The notes under the pieces are model-generated. The model made no database searches, was not told the origin of the DNA, and saw nothing but the letters and a program-made list of their open reading frames with translations. Source: Bacillota bacterium (lineage in GTDB: Bacteria > Bacillota > UBA994 > UBA5500). Taken from it: DNA of 63,365 nt. The DNA is taken from the NCBI GenBank assembly GCA_041686915.1, contig JAWLDB010000002.1, positions 1-63,365 on the forward strand. The letters run 5' to 3'. Shown one piece after another: positions 52,521 through 61,109 of the stretch. The position numbers were made by a program, and so were the translations under genes. How positions within the stretch are numbered: position 1 is the stretch's first letter; each line of letters begins with the position of its first letter.

Positions 52521-53714
52521 TTACAGCGAGTTGACAGCCTGCTCAAGGCGCCTCAGAGCTTCTTCCACTACACTCCGCGGGCAGGCCAGATTGAAACGTT
52601 GGAAGCCTTCTCCCCCAGGACCAAAAGCGAAGCCATCATCCAATGCAAGACGAGCCTGTTCACGCATAAACTTCTGCAACTCACCTGTGCTCATGCCCAA
52701 GGCGCGCATATCGACCCATGCCAGGTAGGTACCTTCAGATTCTATTACTTTAAGGCGGGGAACATGAGTGCGAACATAGTCATAGAAGTAGGTGCGATTG
52801 GCGTTCAGATACTCAACCAACTGCTCCAGGTATTCCTCACCATCACGCAGGGCTGCTTCTGTGGCAACCAGGCCGAAGATATTGCCGCTGTTGTGACCAG
52901 CGCGCAGATGGATATACTGCTTGCGCCAGGCGTCATTGGGAATGATCACGAAAGAAGTCGCCAGTCCGGCCAGGTTGAAGGTCTTGCTAGCCGACAGGAA
53001 AGTTATGGTATGCTGCTCAATTTCCTGGGAAATACTCGACGTTGCCGTGTGCTTGACACCCTTCGCCAGCAAATCACAGTGAATCTCATCAGAAATGATC
53101 ATGCAGTCATGCTTGATACAGATTTGAGAAAGGCGAGTCAACTCCTCTTTGGTCCAGACTCTTCCTACGGGGTTATGCGGGCTACAGAGGATTAGGGCCT
53201 TAATGCGCGGCACCCGGACCGGGAATGATGTGCTGCCTTCAAACAGCCTTTCCAGTCCTTCGAAGTCCATCTCATAACGTCCATTTACCAGCTTAAGAGG
53301 GTTGTGCACTATCTGGCAGCCGTTGTGTTTGATGGCGGTATAGAAAGGATAATAGACGGGAGGCTGGACTATCACCTCATCGCCAGGATGAGTAAAGGCT
53401 TCAATTGCAGAGTAGAGGCCATTCACTACACCTGCATTGAATACTATCCACTCCTTCTTAATCTTCCACCCATAACGGTCGTCTACCCAGTTGACGATCG
53501 CATCGTAGAGCGAAGCCGGCGGGAATGTGTACCCGTACACCGGGTGTTCAGCCCGTTCCTTAATGGCGTCAACTACAGGCTGCGGAACCGGGAGATCCAT
53601 ATCCGCCACCCACATATCCAGCACGTCTTCCCTGCCAAACATGATAGCATTCATGTCATGCTTGGTACTGTTGGTATTCTTCCTCTCGATTGACCGATCA
53701 AAGTTGTACTTCAC
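52521..53714 (-). CDS. patB: MalY/PatB-family PLP-dependent C-S lyase (cystathionine beta-lyase type aminotransferase)
   Basis: KYNFDRSIERKNTNSTKHD N-terminus, LILCSPHNPVGRVW and SASKTFNLAGL (PLP lysine). The GTG at 53714 lies 7 nt after AAGGAGG. Confidence 0.85.
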   Translation of the reverse strand: MKYNFDRSIERKNTNSTKHDMNAIMFGREDVLDMWVADMDLPVPQPVVDAIKERAEHPVYGYTFPPASLYDAIVNWVDDRYGWKIKKEWIVFNAGVVNGLYSAIEAFTHPGDEVIVQPPVYYPFYTAIKHNGCQIVHNPLKLVNGRYEMDFEGLERLFEGSTSFPVRVPRIKALILCSPHNPVGRVWTKEELTRLSQICIKHDCMIISDEIHCDLLAKGVKHTATSSISQEIEQHTITFLSASKTFNLAGLATSFVIIPNDAWRKQYIHLRAGHNSGNIFGLVATEAALRDGEEYLEQLVEYLNANRTYFYDYVRTHVPRLKVIESEGTYLAWVDMRALGMSTGELQKFMREQARLALDDGFAFGPGGEGFQRFNLACPRSVVEEALRRLEQAVNSL

Positions 53715-53859
53715 ACTCTTACCTCCTTGCCGTAGCAAATCCTTAGCTTAATTGTAGCACAATTCACTATTATTCACCGGCTGAATTAAACTTGCTGCCT
53801 TAGAACCACCCCTACACTGCTGCGATAGAGCAAGATCCTACGAAATCTGTTTTGGGCAT

Positions 53860-53889
53860 TTGACAATATTGGGCTGTAGGCATTATAAT
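53860..53889 (+). promoter_or_regulatory. Sigma-A-type promoter of the NifX/MinD cassette
   Basis: TTGACA - 18 nt - TATAAT. Confidence 0.6.
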
Positions 53890-53948
53890 TAATTGGGCAT
53901 ATGACCAAAACGATTTAGCTACGTACATAATGGAAGGGGTTGTTAACA

Positions 53949-54332
53949 GTGCGAGTATGTGTCTCCAGCACAGGACCTAATGCAGCAGCCAAAGTGGACA
54001 GCCGCTTTGGCAGAGCCCCCTATTTGGTATTCTTTGACACCGAAGAACAGACTTACGATTTCATGGAGAACCCGGGACTAGGCTCGGCTCACGGAGCGGG
54101 CATTGCAGCTGCGCAAGAGGTCGTCAACCAAAAGGCCGAAGTGCTCGTTACAGGGAATCTAGGCCCGAACGCCAAGGCAGTGCTCGACGCAGCAGGAATT
54201 GCTGTCTATCAGACTGATGGGCGTACCGTGAGTGACGAACTCACAGCGTATAAAAAAGGAGAGCTATTACCCCTTGACAGGGTGTCTGCTCCCCATACAG
54301 GACTTGGCCAGCAGCAACGGAGAGCACGGTAA
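53949..54332 (+). CDS. NifB/NifX-family (dinitrogenase FeMo-cofactor-binding fold) protein
   Basis: RVCVSSTG......VDSRFGRAPYLVFFD...GAGIAAAQEVVNQKAEVLVTGNLGPNA...GI.VY is the typical Nitro_FeMo-Co domain pattern. A GTG start is preferred over the TTG at 53940, which abuts the SD. Confidence 0.75.
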   Translation: MRVCVSSTGPNAAAKVDSRFGRAPYLVFFDTEEQTYDFMENPGLGSAHGAGIAAAQEVVNQKAEVLVTGNLGPNAKAVLDAAGIAVYQTDGRTVSDELTAYKKGELLPLDRVSAPHTGLGQQQRRAR

Positions 54333-54337
54333 ACACT

Positions 54338-55168
54338 ATGGAGGTTGCCGTACTAAGTGGTAAAGGCGGGACTGGTAAGACGACAGTCGCTACTAACCTG
54401 GCCCGGATGCTCGGATGGAACTATGCAGACTGTGACGTAGAAGAGCCAAATGGTTTCCTTTTTCTGAAGCCCGAGATTACGCTTAGCGAGACAGTGACGG
54501 TGAAATCACCACAGATAGATGGCAGTCTGTGCGTTTCTTGCCAGCGATGCGTGCAATCCTGCCAGTTTAATGCACTGGCCTATGCCGGACAGCGAATTAT
54601 GCTATTCTCCAAGCTCTGTCACGGCTGCGGGGCATGCATGTACTCCTGCCAGACAGGCGCCATCAAGGAGGTGCCTCGCCCTGTAGGTCATGTTGATATC
54701 GGAAGCAGCGCGGGCCTGCGTTTGGTGCAAGGCGTCCTGGACATCGGTGAACCGATGGCAGGACCGGTCATCTCAAAGGTAAAACAAATGCTTAACGAAG
54801 GAGATTGGCTGGTAGATTGTTCGCCTGGCAGCTCGTGCAATGTTGTAAAAGCGATTGACGGCGCAGATTTTGCCCTGTTGGTGACGGAACCCACTCCCTT
54901 TGGCCTGCACGACCTGGATATAGCCGCACGGCTGGCTGAACAGATGGGCATTCCTCATGCAGTGATTATCAACCGGTCAGATAGCATGGATGGAATAATC
55001 CACAGGTACTGCCAAGACAATGACATATCGGTCGTAGGGTCCATCCCCTTCAGTCGGAAGGCAGCTTTGCTCTACTCACAGGGCAATATGCTGTTGGATG
55101 ACAGCGAGTATGCAGCTGTGTTCGAACGACTGGGAAGCGCCCTGAAGGAGGCCATAAAATGCAGCTAG
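54338..55168 (+). CDS. MinD/ParA-superfamily P-loop ATPase with inserted 2x[4Fe-4S] ferredoxin domain
   Basis: GKGGTGKTT deviant Walker A, then CVSCQRCVQSC and CHGCGACMYSC CxxCxxCxxxC clusters. Confidence 0.85.
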   Translation: MEVAVLSGKGGTGKTTVATNLARMLGWNYADCDVEEPNGFLFLKPEITLSETVTVKSPQIDGSLCVSCQRCVQSCQFNALAYAGQRIMLFSKLCHGCGACMYSCQTGAIKEVPRPVGHVDIGSSAGLRLVQGVLDIGEPMAGPVISKVKQMLNEGDWLVDCSPGSSCNVVKAIDGADFALLVTEPTPFGLHDLDIAARLAEQMGIPHAVIINRSDSMDGIIHRYCQDNDISVVGSIPFSRKAALLYSQGNMLLDDSEYAAVFERLGSALKEAIKCS

Positions 55169-56040
55169 TTATCATCAGCGGAAAAGGCGGTACCGGCAAA
55201 ACGACGATTGCCGCGGCGTTCTCTTGGCTGGCTGGTACCAGCATTAAGGCTGATTGCGACGTTGATGCAGCCAATCTGCACCTGCTGCTCGGCGGCAAGG
55301 ACCAGACGGCAACGCCCTTTATCGGCGCCAAGGTTGCCCAGGTCAATAACGAGCTATGCACTGAGTGCGACCGATGCACGATGGCCTGCCGATATAACGC
55401 GATTTCCGGACATGTCATCGATGAACTAAGATGCGAAGGCTGTGGAGCATGTGCAGTTGTCTGCCCCGTACAGGCGATCAGCCTGGTTGATCAGGTGACT
55501 GGAAGCACTATTATCACCAGCACTGACAAGGGTTTACTCTCTCGCGCTGAGATGGAGATAGGTGCTGAGGGATCGGGTAAGCTGGTGACTGAGGTAAGAA
55601 AGAACGTCCACCTTCATCGTACTGGTGACCAAATGGTAATCCTGGACGGTTCTCCCGGTGTTGGCTGCACAGTGATGGCCTCACTAACTGGTGTCGACGT
55701 AGCCCTGATTGTGGGTGAACCGACAGTTTCAGGCATAGCTGATTTCAAACGAGTGGCCGATCTGGCAGAACAACTCGGAGTACCCACCCTCGTCTGCGTC
55801 AACAAGTACGATTTGAACCCCGACCTGAGTGAGCAGTTGCATTCACACTGTGTTCAGCGGAATATCCCCCTGGTGGGCAGGATACCTTTTGACCCGCTGG
55901 TTAATAGGGCTCTACACGAGCTGCAGCCAATCGTGGCTTACCCTGCCTCCCCAGCTGCCAAGGAAATAGTTGCAATGTGGGAGAAAATAATCGGTCTAGT
56001 TAAGGAGGAAGCGCTAGATGAAAATTGCAGTAGCAAGTGA
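55159..56040 (+). CDS. MinD/ParA-superfamily P-loop ATPase with inserted 2x[4Fe-4S] ferredoxin domain (paralog)
   Basis: GKGGTGKTT, CTECDRCTMAC, CEGCGACAVVC. It overlaps the upstream gene by 10 nt. Confidence 0.85.
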   Translation: MQLVIISGKGGTGKTTIAAAFSWLAGTSIKADCDVDAANLHLLLGGKDQTATPFIGAKVAQVNNELCTECDRCTMACRYNAISGHVIDELRCEGCGACAVVCPVQAISLVDQVTGSTIITSTDKGLLSRAEMEIGAEGSGKLVTEVRKNVHLHRTGDQMVILDGSPGVGCTVMASLTGVDVALIVGEPTVSGIADFKRVADLAEQLGVPTLVCVNKYDLNPDLSEQLHSHCVQRNIPLVGRIPFDPLVNRALHELQPIVAYPASPAAKEIVAMWEKIIGLVKEEALDENCSSK

Positions 56041-56377
56041 CGGTGTGCATGTGTCATCACACTTTGGCCATTGCGAGGGCTGGAAAACCTGGGAACTTAA
56101 AGACGGCAAGCTGGGTAGCCCAAGTTTTTTGGAAAACCCAGGCCACCAGAGGGGCTTTTTGCCCAAGTATCTGGCGGAGCATGGGGTGCGCGTCATTATC
56201 GCCGGTGGCATGGGTGCTAACGCCCAACAGTTATTCAGACAACACGGCGTGCAGATTGTAACGGGTGCTACAGGTTTGGTAGAAGATGCAGCCCAAGAGT
56301 TCGCTGCAGGCCAGCTCAAATCCGAGGATGTTGTCTGTAACGAGCATGCTCACGCAGGGGAGTGCCATCAAGAATAA
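56018..56377 (+). CDS. NifB/NifX-family (FeMo-cofactor-binding fold) protein
   Basis: MKIAVASDG..VSSHFGHCEGW...VRVIIAGGMGANAQQLFRQHGVQIV pattern. It overlaps the upstream gene by 23 nt. Confidence 0.75.
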   Translation: MKIAVASDGVHVSSHFGHCEGWKTWELKDGKLGSPSFLENPGHQRGFLPKYLAEHGVRVIIAGGMGANAQQLFRQHGVQIVTGATGLVEDAAQEFAAGQLKSEDVVCNEHAHAGECHQE

Positions 56378-56390
56378 CGCTTAATGAAAC

Positions 56391-56424
56391 AAATCCCCGG
56401 CGTTTGCCGGGGATTTGACTTCTT
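56391..56424. terminator. Hairpin terminator between convergent genes
   Basis: AAATCCCCGGC-GTTT-GCCGGGGATTT. Confidence 0.8.
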
Positions 56425-57801
56425 TTATACCTTGACCGTCTTCCACTTGCCTCTCTTAACCCAATAGGCTAAGAGGCCTCCGCGTACAAGCCAATCGATA
56501 AGAACTGCCAGGTATGCGCTCCATAGGCCCCAACGGAGGACAATTACAAACAAATATGAGAGACCTAGGCGCAAAACTACGTTACCGACCAAGCCTATCC
56601 CGAGTACTGCTCTGGTGTCACCTGATCCACGCAGAATGCCACTAGTAACAAAGCCGACTGCTTGTGGCACCTGCGCCAGGCCAACAATCCGCAGCACCGC
56701 CTTCGCAGGTTCTATCACGGTCGGATCCGCTGTGAAGATGCGGATGAACAAAGTCGGCACTAGCACGAAGAGCAGGCCCATCGTTCCCATGAACAAAGAA
56801 CAAAGTCGCACAGCTCCCCAGCCGCTCCGTTCAGCCTCTTCGGGCTGTTTGGCACCGAGATTCTGCCCCACCAGGGTGGAGGCTGCCACCGCAAAGCCGA
56901 TACTGGGCATAAAGGATATCTGCTCCACATTACCACTCAGGGTAGAAATGGCTACAGCGGTGGTTCCGAGAGTAGCCAGTATCTTGAGGTGCAACATCAT
57001 ACTAATAGACTGTACGAACCGCTCGAGCGCAGCTGGAATACCGATCTTGAACAGCCTGGTGATCATGTCCCAATCAAGCGTAGCGAAGTCCCGCCAGTTG
57101 AGATGCAGACCACCCTTGCCGCGCAGCAGGGCCATAAACATGATCCCGGCAGCAACTACGCGGGAGAAACTGGTGGCGATGGCAGCACCCAATACCCCCA
57201 GGGCAGGGAAACCAAACATTCCAAAGATCAGTACATAGTTACCGACCACGTTCACAACGTTGGAGATTGCGCCGGCATAGAATGGAGTTTTGGTATCGCC
57301 TGAAGCTCGCAGTGCGGAGGTCATAATCGTCGCGAGCATCAGGAAAAAGAGACCAGGGCTAAAACCTCTGAGATAGGTTGTCCCTAAGCCCACTACATCA
57401 GCCTCTGCACCCATGAACACCGTGATTTGACGCGCAGCAAGATATCCGAAAGCTGCTAAAGCAAGAGCCAATACCGACGTTGTGAGCAAGGATTGTTCCG
57501 CAGCTCTTGTGGCCTTCGCCCTGTCCCCAGCACCTATGAACCTGGCAACCAGCGCCGTGGTAGCTACCCCTAAACCCAGGAAGATAGCTTGTCCCACAAA
57601 GAGAGGCCGGAAGCTCAAGCCCACAGCCGCAATGGATGCCTTGCCCAGACGCCCCACCATAGCCATATCTACAATCTGAGCCAAGGTCTGCAGCATCATC
57701 TCGGCCATCACAGGCCAGGCCAGTAGCAGTATTGTGTTGGTCAACGACTTGTTCGTTCTAAGCAGGCTCTGTTCACGCCTGCTGATAGCTTGCTCCGCCA
57801 T
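56425..57801 (-). CDS. MATE-family efflux transporter
   Basis: About 12 TM helices with the typical N-terminus ...ILLLAWPVMAEMMLQTLAQIVDMAMVGRLG. Confidence 0.9.
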   Translation of the reverse strand: MAEQAISRREQSLLRTNKSLTNTILLLAWPVMAEMMLQTLAQIVDMAMVGRLGKASIAAVGLSFRPLFVGQAIFLGLGVATTALVARFIGAGDRAKATRAAEQSLLTTSVLALALAAFGYLAARQITVFMGAEADVVGLGTTYLRGFSPGLFFLMLATIMTSALRASGDTKTPFYAGAISNVVNVVGNYVLIFGMFGFPALGVLGAAIATSFSRVVAAGIMFMALLRGKGGLHLNWRDFATLDWDMITRLFKIGIPAALERFVQSISMMLHLKILATLGTTAVAISTLSGNVEQISFMPSIGFAVAASTLVGQNLGAKQPEEAERSGWGAVRLCSLFMGTMGLLFVLVPTLFIRIFTADPTVIEPAKAVLRIVGLAQVPQAVGFVTSGILRGSGDTRAVLGIGLVGNVVLRLGLSYLFVIVLRWGLWSAYLAVLIDWLVRGGLLAYWVKRGKWKTVKV

Positions 57802-57919
57802 CTTCTTCCCCCTGCAATCATTTAATAGATGAAACTATTGTAGCACACCAATCTGCCGTTGAGGTCTAAACATCCGAAGATGCCATTCCAACGTATCAAA
57901 TCAATACGAACGGAGTACA

Positions 57920-57952
57920 CAAAAAAGGCAGGATCCCGTATCCTGCCTTTTC
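57920..57952 (-). terminator. Rho-independent terminator after the DtxR-family gene
   Basis: On the minus strand, AGGCAGGAT-ACGGG-ATCCTGCCT followed by T6. Confidence 0.85.
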
Positions 57953-57982
57953 TGATTCTAACTTGCCTATGTGCAATTGCCA

Positions 57983-58489
57983 TCACTGCTCCTCATTAGC
58001 TGCACCTGTATCGCCACTCTGTGCCCTAAAATCCTCAAACTGCTGTAACACCTCAGGATAAGCAGCGTGGAAGCTATTCAGCATCTCCAGCAGCCTTACT
58101 GTCTTGCGACTAAGATGATGCTCAATCAGCTCCGCGTCCACAAATAGACCATCACCTACACCGAGGTTCTTGAGAAACAGCTCCACGGTCTCATGCCTTG
58201 CCAATAGATAGCTACCTGTACCCCGGCCCCTTTCCGTAAGCTGGATAATACCGTATTTGTGGTTTTTTACAAACCCCAAGTCACTCAGCTTCCGGATGAC
58301 CCTCGACACGGACGGCGCCTGTACGTTTAACTCGTCCGCCAGATTGTTCACCCGCGTATAACCCTCTTCCAAGCAGAGGCGATAGATCATCTCCAAGTAG
58401 TCTTCCATACTCGGGGTGAGCGCCTTACTGCCCTGCTTCAGCATCTGATATCCCCGGACCGTTCTAAACTCCTTGCCGTTCTTCGGCAT
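57983..58489 (-). CDS. DtxR/MntR/IdeR-family metal-dependent transcriptional repressor
   Basis: TPSMEDYLEMIYRL...VNNLADELNVQAPSVSRVIRKLSDLGFV (wHTH) plus a dimerisation/metal-binding region. The start is ambiguous among Met codons at 58534, 58489 and 58444. Confidence 0.85.
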   Translation of the reverse strand: MPKNGKEFRTVRGYQMLKQGSKALTPSMEDYLEMIYRLCLEEGYTRVNNLADELNVQAPSVSRVIRKLSDLGFVKNHKYGIIQLTERGRGTGSYLLARHETVELFLKNLGVGDGLFVDAELIEHHLSRKTVRLLEMLNSFHAAYPEVLQQFEDFRAQSGDTGAANEEQ

Positions 58490-58558
58490 AAGCTCACCCT
58501 TCTCTCCAGAGTTTTTTACCCGCGAGTAACACATCTACTCTCCGCACCATATATTGCT

Positions 58559-58577
58559 GGTAAGAAAAAGACTTACC
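58559..58577. promoter_or_regulatory. 19-bp inverted repeat, candidate operator in the dtxR-like/feoA divergent region
   Basis: GGTAAG-AAAAAGA-CTTACC has perfect 6-bp arms with the same overall length as DtxR/IdeR boxes. Confidence 0.4.
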
Positions 58578-58632
58578 CACTGCTAACTTATGAGTTTAAG
58601 CAGTGAAGATAGCACTGAAAGGGGGGTTATCA

Positions 58633-58869
58633 GTGAATAAGACTGTACTGCCACTGCATGAACTACCCATGGGCAAGTGCGGCAAGGTCACAGAATTGCT
58701 GGCCAAAGACAGGGCCAGGCGCCGGATGCTTGACCTTGGCTTGATAGAAGACACCACCGTCGAGGCGCTGCGTAAGAGCCCGTCGGGAGACCCAGTCGCT
58801 TATGAAATACGGGGAGCTGTGATTGCTCTTCGTTCTGAAGAGGCCTGCAATATCCTGGTCGAAATGTGA
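58633..58869 (+). CDS. feoA: FeoA-family ferrous iron transport protein A
   Basis: LHELPMGKCGKVTEL......RRRMLDLGLIEDTTVEALRKSPSGDPVAYEIRGAVIALRSEEA is the FeoA SH3-like pattern. The GTG at 58633 lies 6 nt after AAAGGGGGG. Confidence 0.85.
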   Translation: MNKTVLPLHELPMGKCGKVTELLAKDRARRRMLDLGLIEDTTVEALRKSPSGDPVAYEIRGAVIALRSEEACNILVEM

Positions 58870-58886
58870 GATTGTTAGGAGAGGAG

Positions 58887-61043
58887 ATGATCAACTTGGG
58901 GCTGACCAGCCAATCCACCGGGCTTGGCGCGCTAAAGGAGATGTTCCAGGTAAGAGTAGAGTCACCAGACGACCTGGTAATTGCTTTAGCAGGGAACCCA
59001 AATGTCGGGAAGAGCACCGTTTTTAACAGCTTGACCGGCTTAAAACAGCACACAGGCAACTGGCCTGGCAAAACAGTAACTAACGCACAGGGCAGATACA
59101 ATCACCGTGATAGGGACTTTGTCCTGGTTGATCTGCCGGGCACTTACTCAATTCTGGCCAACTCAGTAGAGGAGGAAGTCGCGCGAGACTTCATCTGCTT
59201 TGGTCAACCGCATGCCACCGTAATCGTCACCGACGCAACTTGCCTGGAGCGCAACCTTAACCTGGTTCTGCAGATAATGGAAATTACCAGGAACGTGGTG
59301 ATCTGCGTCAACCTACTGGATGAAGCAAAACGCAAGCAGATGCAGGTCGACCTGGACAAACTATCCGGCCTGCTAGGTGTGCCAGTTGTCGGCACCAATG
59401 CCCGCGATGGAGTTGGGCTGGGTCAGCTCAAACAGGCAGTTTACGAGGTAGCCAGCGGTGCTCTGCAACCTACACCAATGCAGGTCGAGTATGACGAGAC
59501 GGTGGAAAAAGCTATCAGCCTGGTGCAGCCAGCGGTTGAAGAACTGACCAAGGGCAAGGTAGACGACCGCTGGACCGCCCTGCGCCTGCTGGACAATGAC
59601 AGCACCCTGGTAGCTTCCTTGGAAAAACACCTGGAGTTTGACCTTTCTGAACATCCTGACGTTATCGGAAAGCTGAATGAAGCCAAGGAGCTGTTGGCAA
59701 AGCGTCGCGTGGACCCCGACAAGCTGCGTGACCGCATAGTGACCTGCCTGGTCAAGACTGCCGAGGACAAAGCCGGCAAAGCGGTAACCATTGGGAACAA
59801 ACAACACAACGCACTGGACAGGAAGATTGATAACATCCTGACTTCCCGGCTATTGGGCATTCCCATCATGCTAGCCCTGCTGGGCGCAGTGTTCTGGCTT
59901 ACCATCGAAGGGGCGAATGTGCCCTCCGGAATGCTGGCTGACGGGTTTTTCTGGATAGAAGACAGACTGACAGAGCTTTTCATGACCAACGGTTGGCCGG
60001 AGTGGTTGCATAGCATTCTAGTTCTCGGGGTCTACCGCACCCTGGCTTGGGTGATTTCCGTAATGCTACCACCAATGGCCATCTTCTTCCCAATGTTCAC
60101 ATTGTTGGAAGATCTCGGGTACTTACCCCGTGTAGCCTTTAACCTTGATAACTTCTTCAAGCGAGCATGCGCGCATGGCAAGCAGGCACTGACCATGTGC
60201 ATGGGCTTTGGGTGTAACGCCGCCGGCATTATCGCCTGCCGCATCATCGACTCGCCGCGTGAACGGTTGATTGCCATGATTACGAACAACTTCGTGCCCT
60301 GTAACGGCCGCTTCCCGACATTGATTGCCTTGGTATCAATCTTCATTGCTGGATCGGTTACCCGCTTCCAGTCGCTAGTGGCTACACTGGCTATGCTGGC
60401 AGTGATCGTGCTTGGAGTATTGCTGACGCTGGTTATCTCAAGACTATTATCCAAGACGATACTAAAAGGCTTGCCCTCATCCTTCACTCTTGAGTTGCCG
60501 CCTTACCGCAAACCCCAGGTAGGTCGCATCCTGGTCCGTTCGCTGTTGGACCGCACTCTGTTCGTCTTGGGTCGCGCCATCTCGGTGGCTGCGCCGGCTG
60601 GCGTTATTATCTGGGCAATGGCGAACGTGAATGTGGGAGGGGCTAGCCTGCTCTCGCAGTGTGCGGCGTTCCTGCAGCCCTTTGCTCACATGATCGGCCT
60701 GGATGGCTATATCTTACTGGCCTTCATCTTAGGTCTACCAGCGAATGAGATTGTGATCCCAATTCTCATCATGAGTTACATGCGCGCGGGTGCAATGCTG
60801 GAGCTGGATAGCCTGATGGAGCTACGCGAGCTACTGGTAGCCAACGGCTGGACCTGGTTGACAGCGGTCTGCACAATGTTGTTCTCACTGAACCACTGGC
60901 CATGCGGAACGACACTCTTGACCATCCGCAAGGAAGCTCAAAGCTGGAAATGGACAGCGGTCTCCTTCCTGGTGCCGACTATTACTGGTATTCTGGTCTG
61001 TTTCCTGGTTGCCCAGGGGGCCTATCTCTTTGGATTGGTCTAG
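58887..61043 (+). CDS. feoB: Ferrous iron transport protein B
   Basis: N-terminal G domain ALAGNPNVGKST...DLPG...NLLD followed by a polytopic permease domain. The ATG at 58887 follows AGGAGAGGAG. Confidence 0.95.
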   Translation: MINLGLTSQSTGLGALKEMFQVRVESPDDLVIALAGNPNVGKSTVFNSLTGLKQHTGNWPGKTVTNAQGRYNHRDRDFVLVDLPGTYSILANSVEEEVARDFICFGQPHATVIVTDATCLERNLNLVLQIMEITRNVVICVNLLDEAKRKQMQVDLDKLSGLLGVPVVGTNARDGVGLGQLKQAVYEVASGALQPTPMQVEYDETVEKAISLVQPAVEELTKGKVDDRWTALRLLDNDSTLVASLEKHLEFDLSEHPDVIGKLNEAKELLAKRRVDPDKLRDRIVTCLVKTAEDKAGKAVTIGNKQHNALDRKIDNILTSRLLGIPIMLALLGAVFWLTIEGANVPSGMLADGFFWIEDRLTELFMTNGWPEWLHSILVLGVYRTLAWVISVMLPPMAIFFPMFTLLEDLGYLPRVAFNLDNFFKRACAHGKQALTMCMGFGCNAAGIIACRIIDSPRERLIAMITNNFVPCNGRFPTLIALVSIFIAGSVTRFQSLVATLAMLAVIVLGVLLTLVISRLLSKTILKGLPSSFTLELPPYRKPQVGRILVRSLLDRTLFVLGRAISVAAPAGVIIWAMANVNVGGASLLSQCAAFLQPFAHMIGLDGYILLAFILGLPANEIVIPILIMSYMRAGAMLELDSLMELRELLVANGWTWLTAVCTMLFSLNHWPCGTTLLTIRKEAQSWKWTAVSFLVPTITGILVCFLVAQGAYLFGLV

Positions 61044-61109
61044 ACTGGGTGAATAGAAGCCACCAGCGACTTGCCGGTGGCTTCTCGAGTATGCCTGGCC
61101 TAGTTTAAT

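Noticed and set aside
52332-53195. A 287-aa plus-strand ORF.
   Set aside because: It is antisense to the patB/malY-like gene (52521..53714), which has clear PLP-enzyme motifs. It is a shadow ORF with no motifs.
53949-56377. A nitrogen-fixation (nif) gene cluster.
   Set aside because: Only the small FeMo-co-binding-fold domain and NifH-like/MinD ATPases are present. There are no nifH/D/K/E/N/B radical-SAM genes in the window, so calling it nif would over-interpret a shared fold.
56615-57238. A 207-aa plus-strand ORF, with similar ORFs at 59441..60016 and 60032..60487 on the minus strand.
   Set aside because: They are antisense shadows of the MATE transporter and feoB genes. Their composition is Ser/Arg/Pro-rich, with no motifs.
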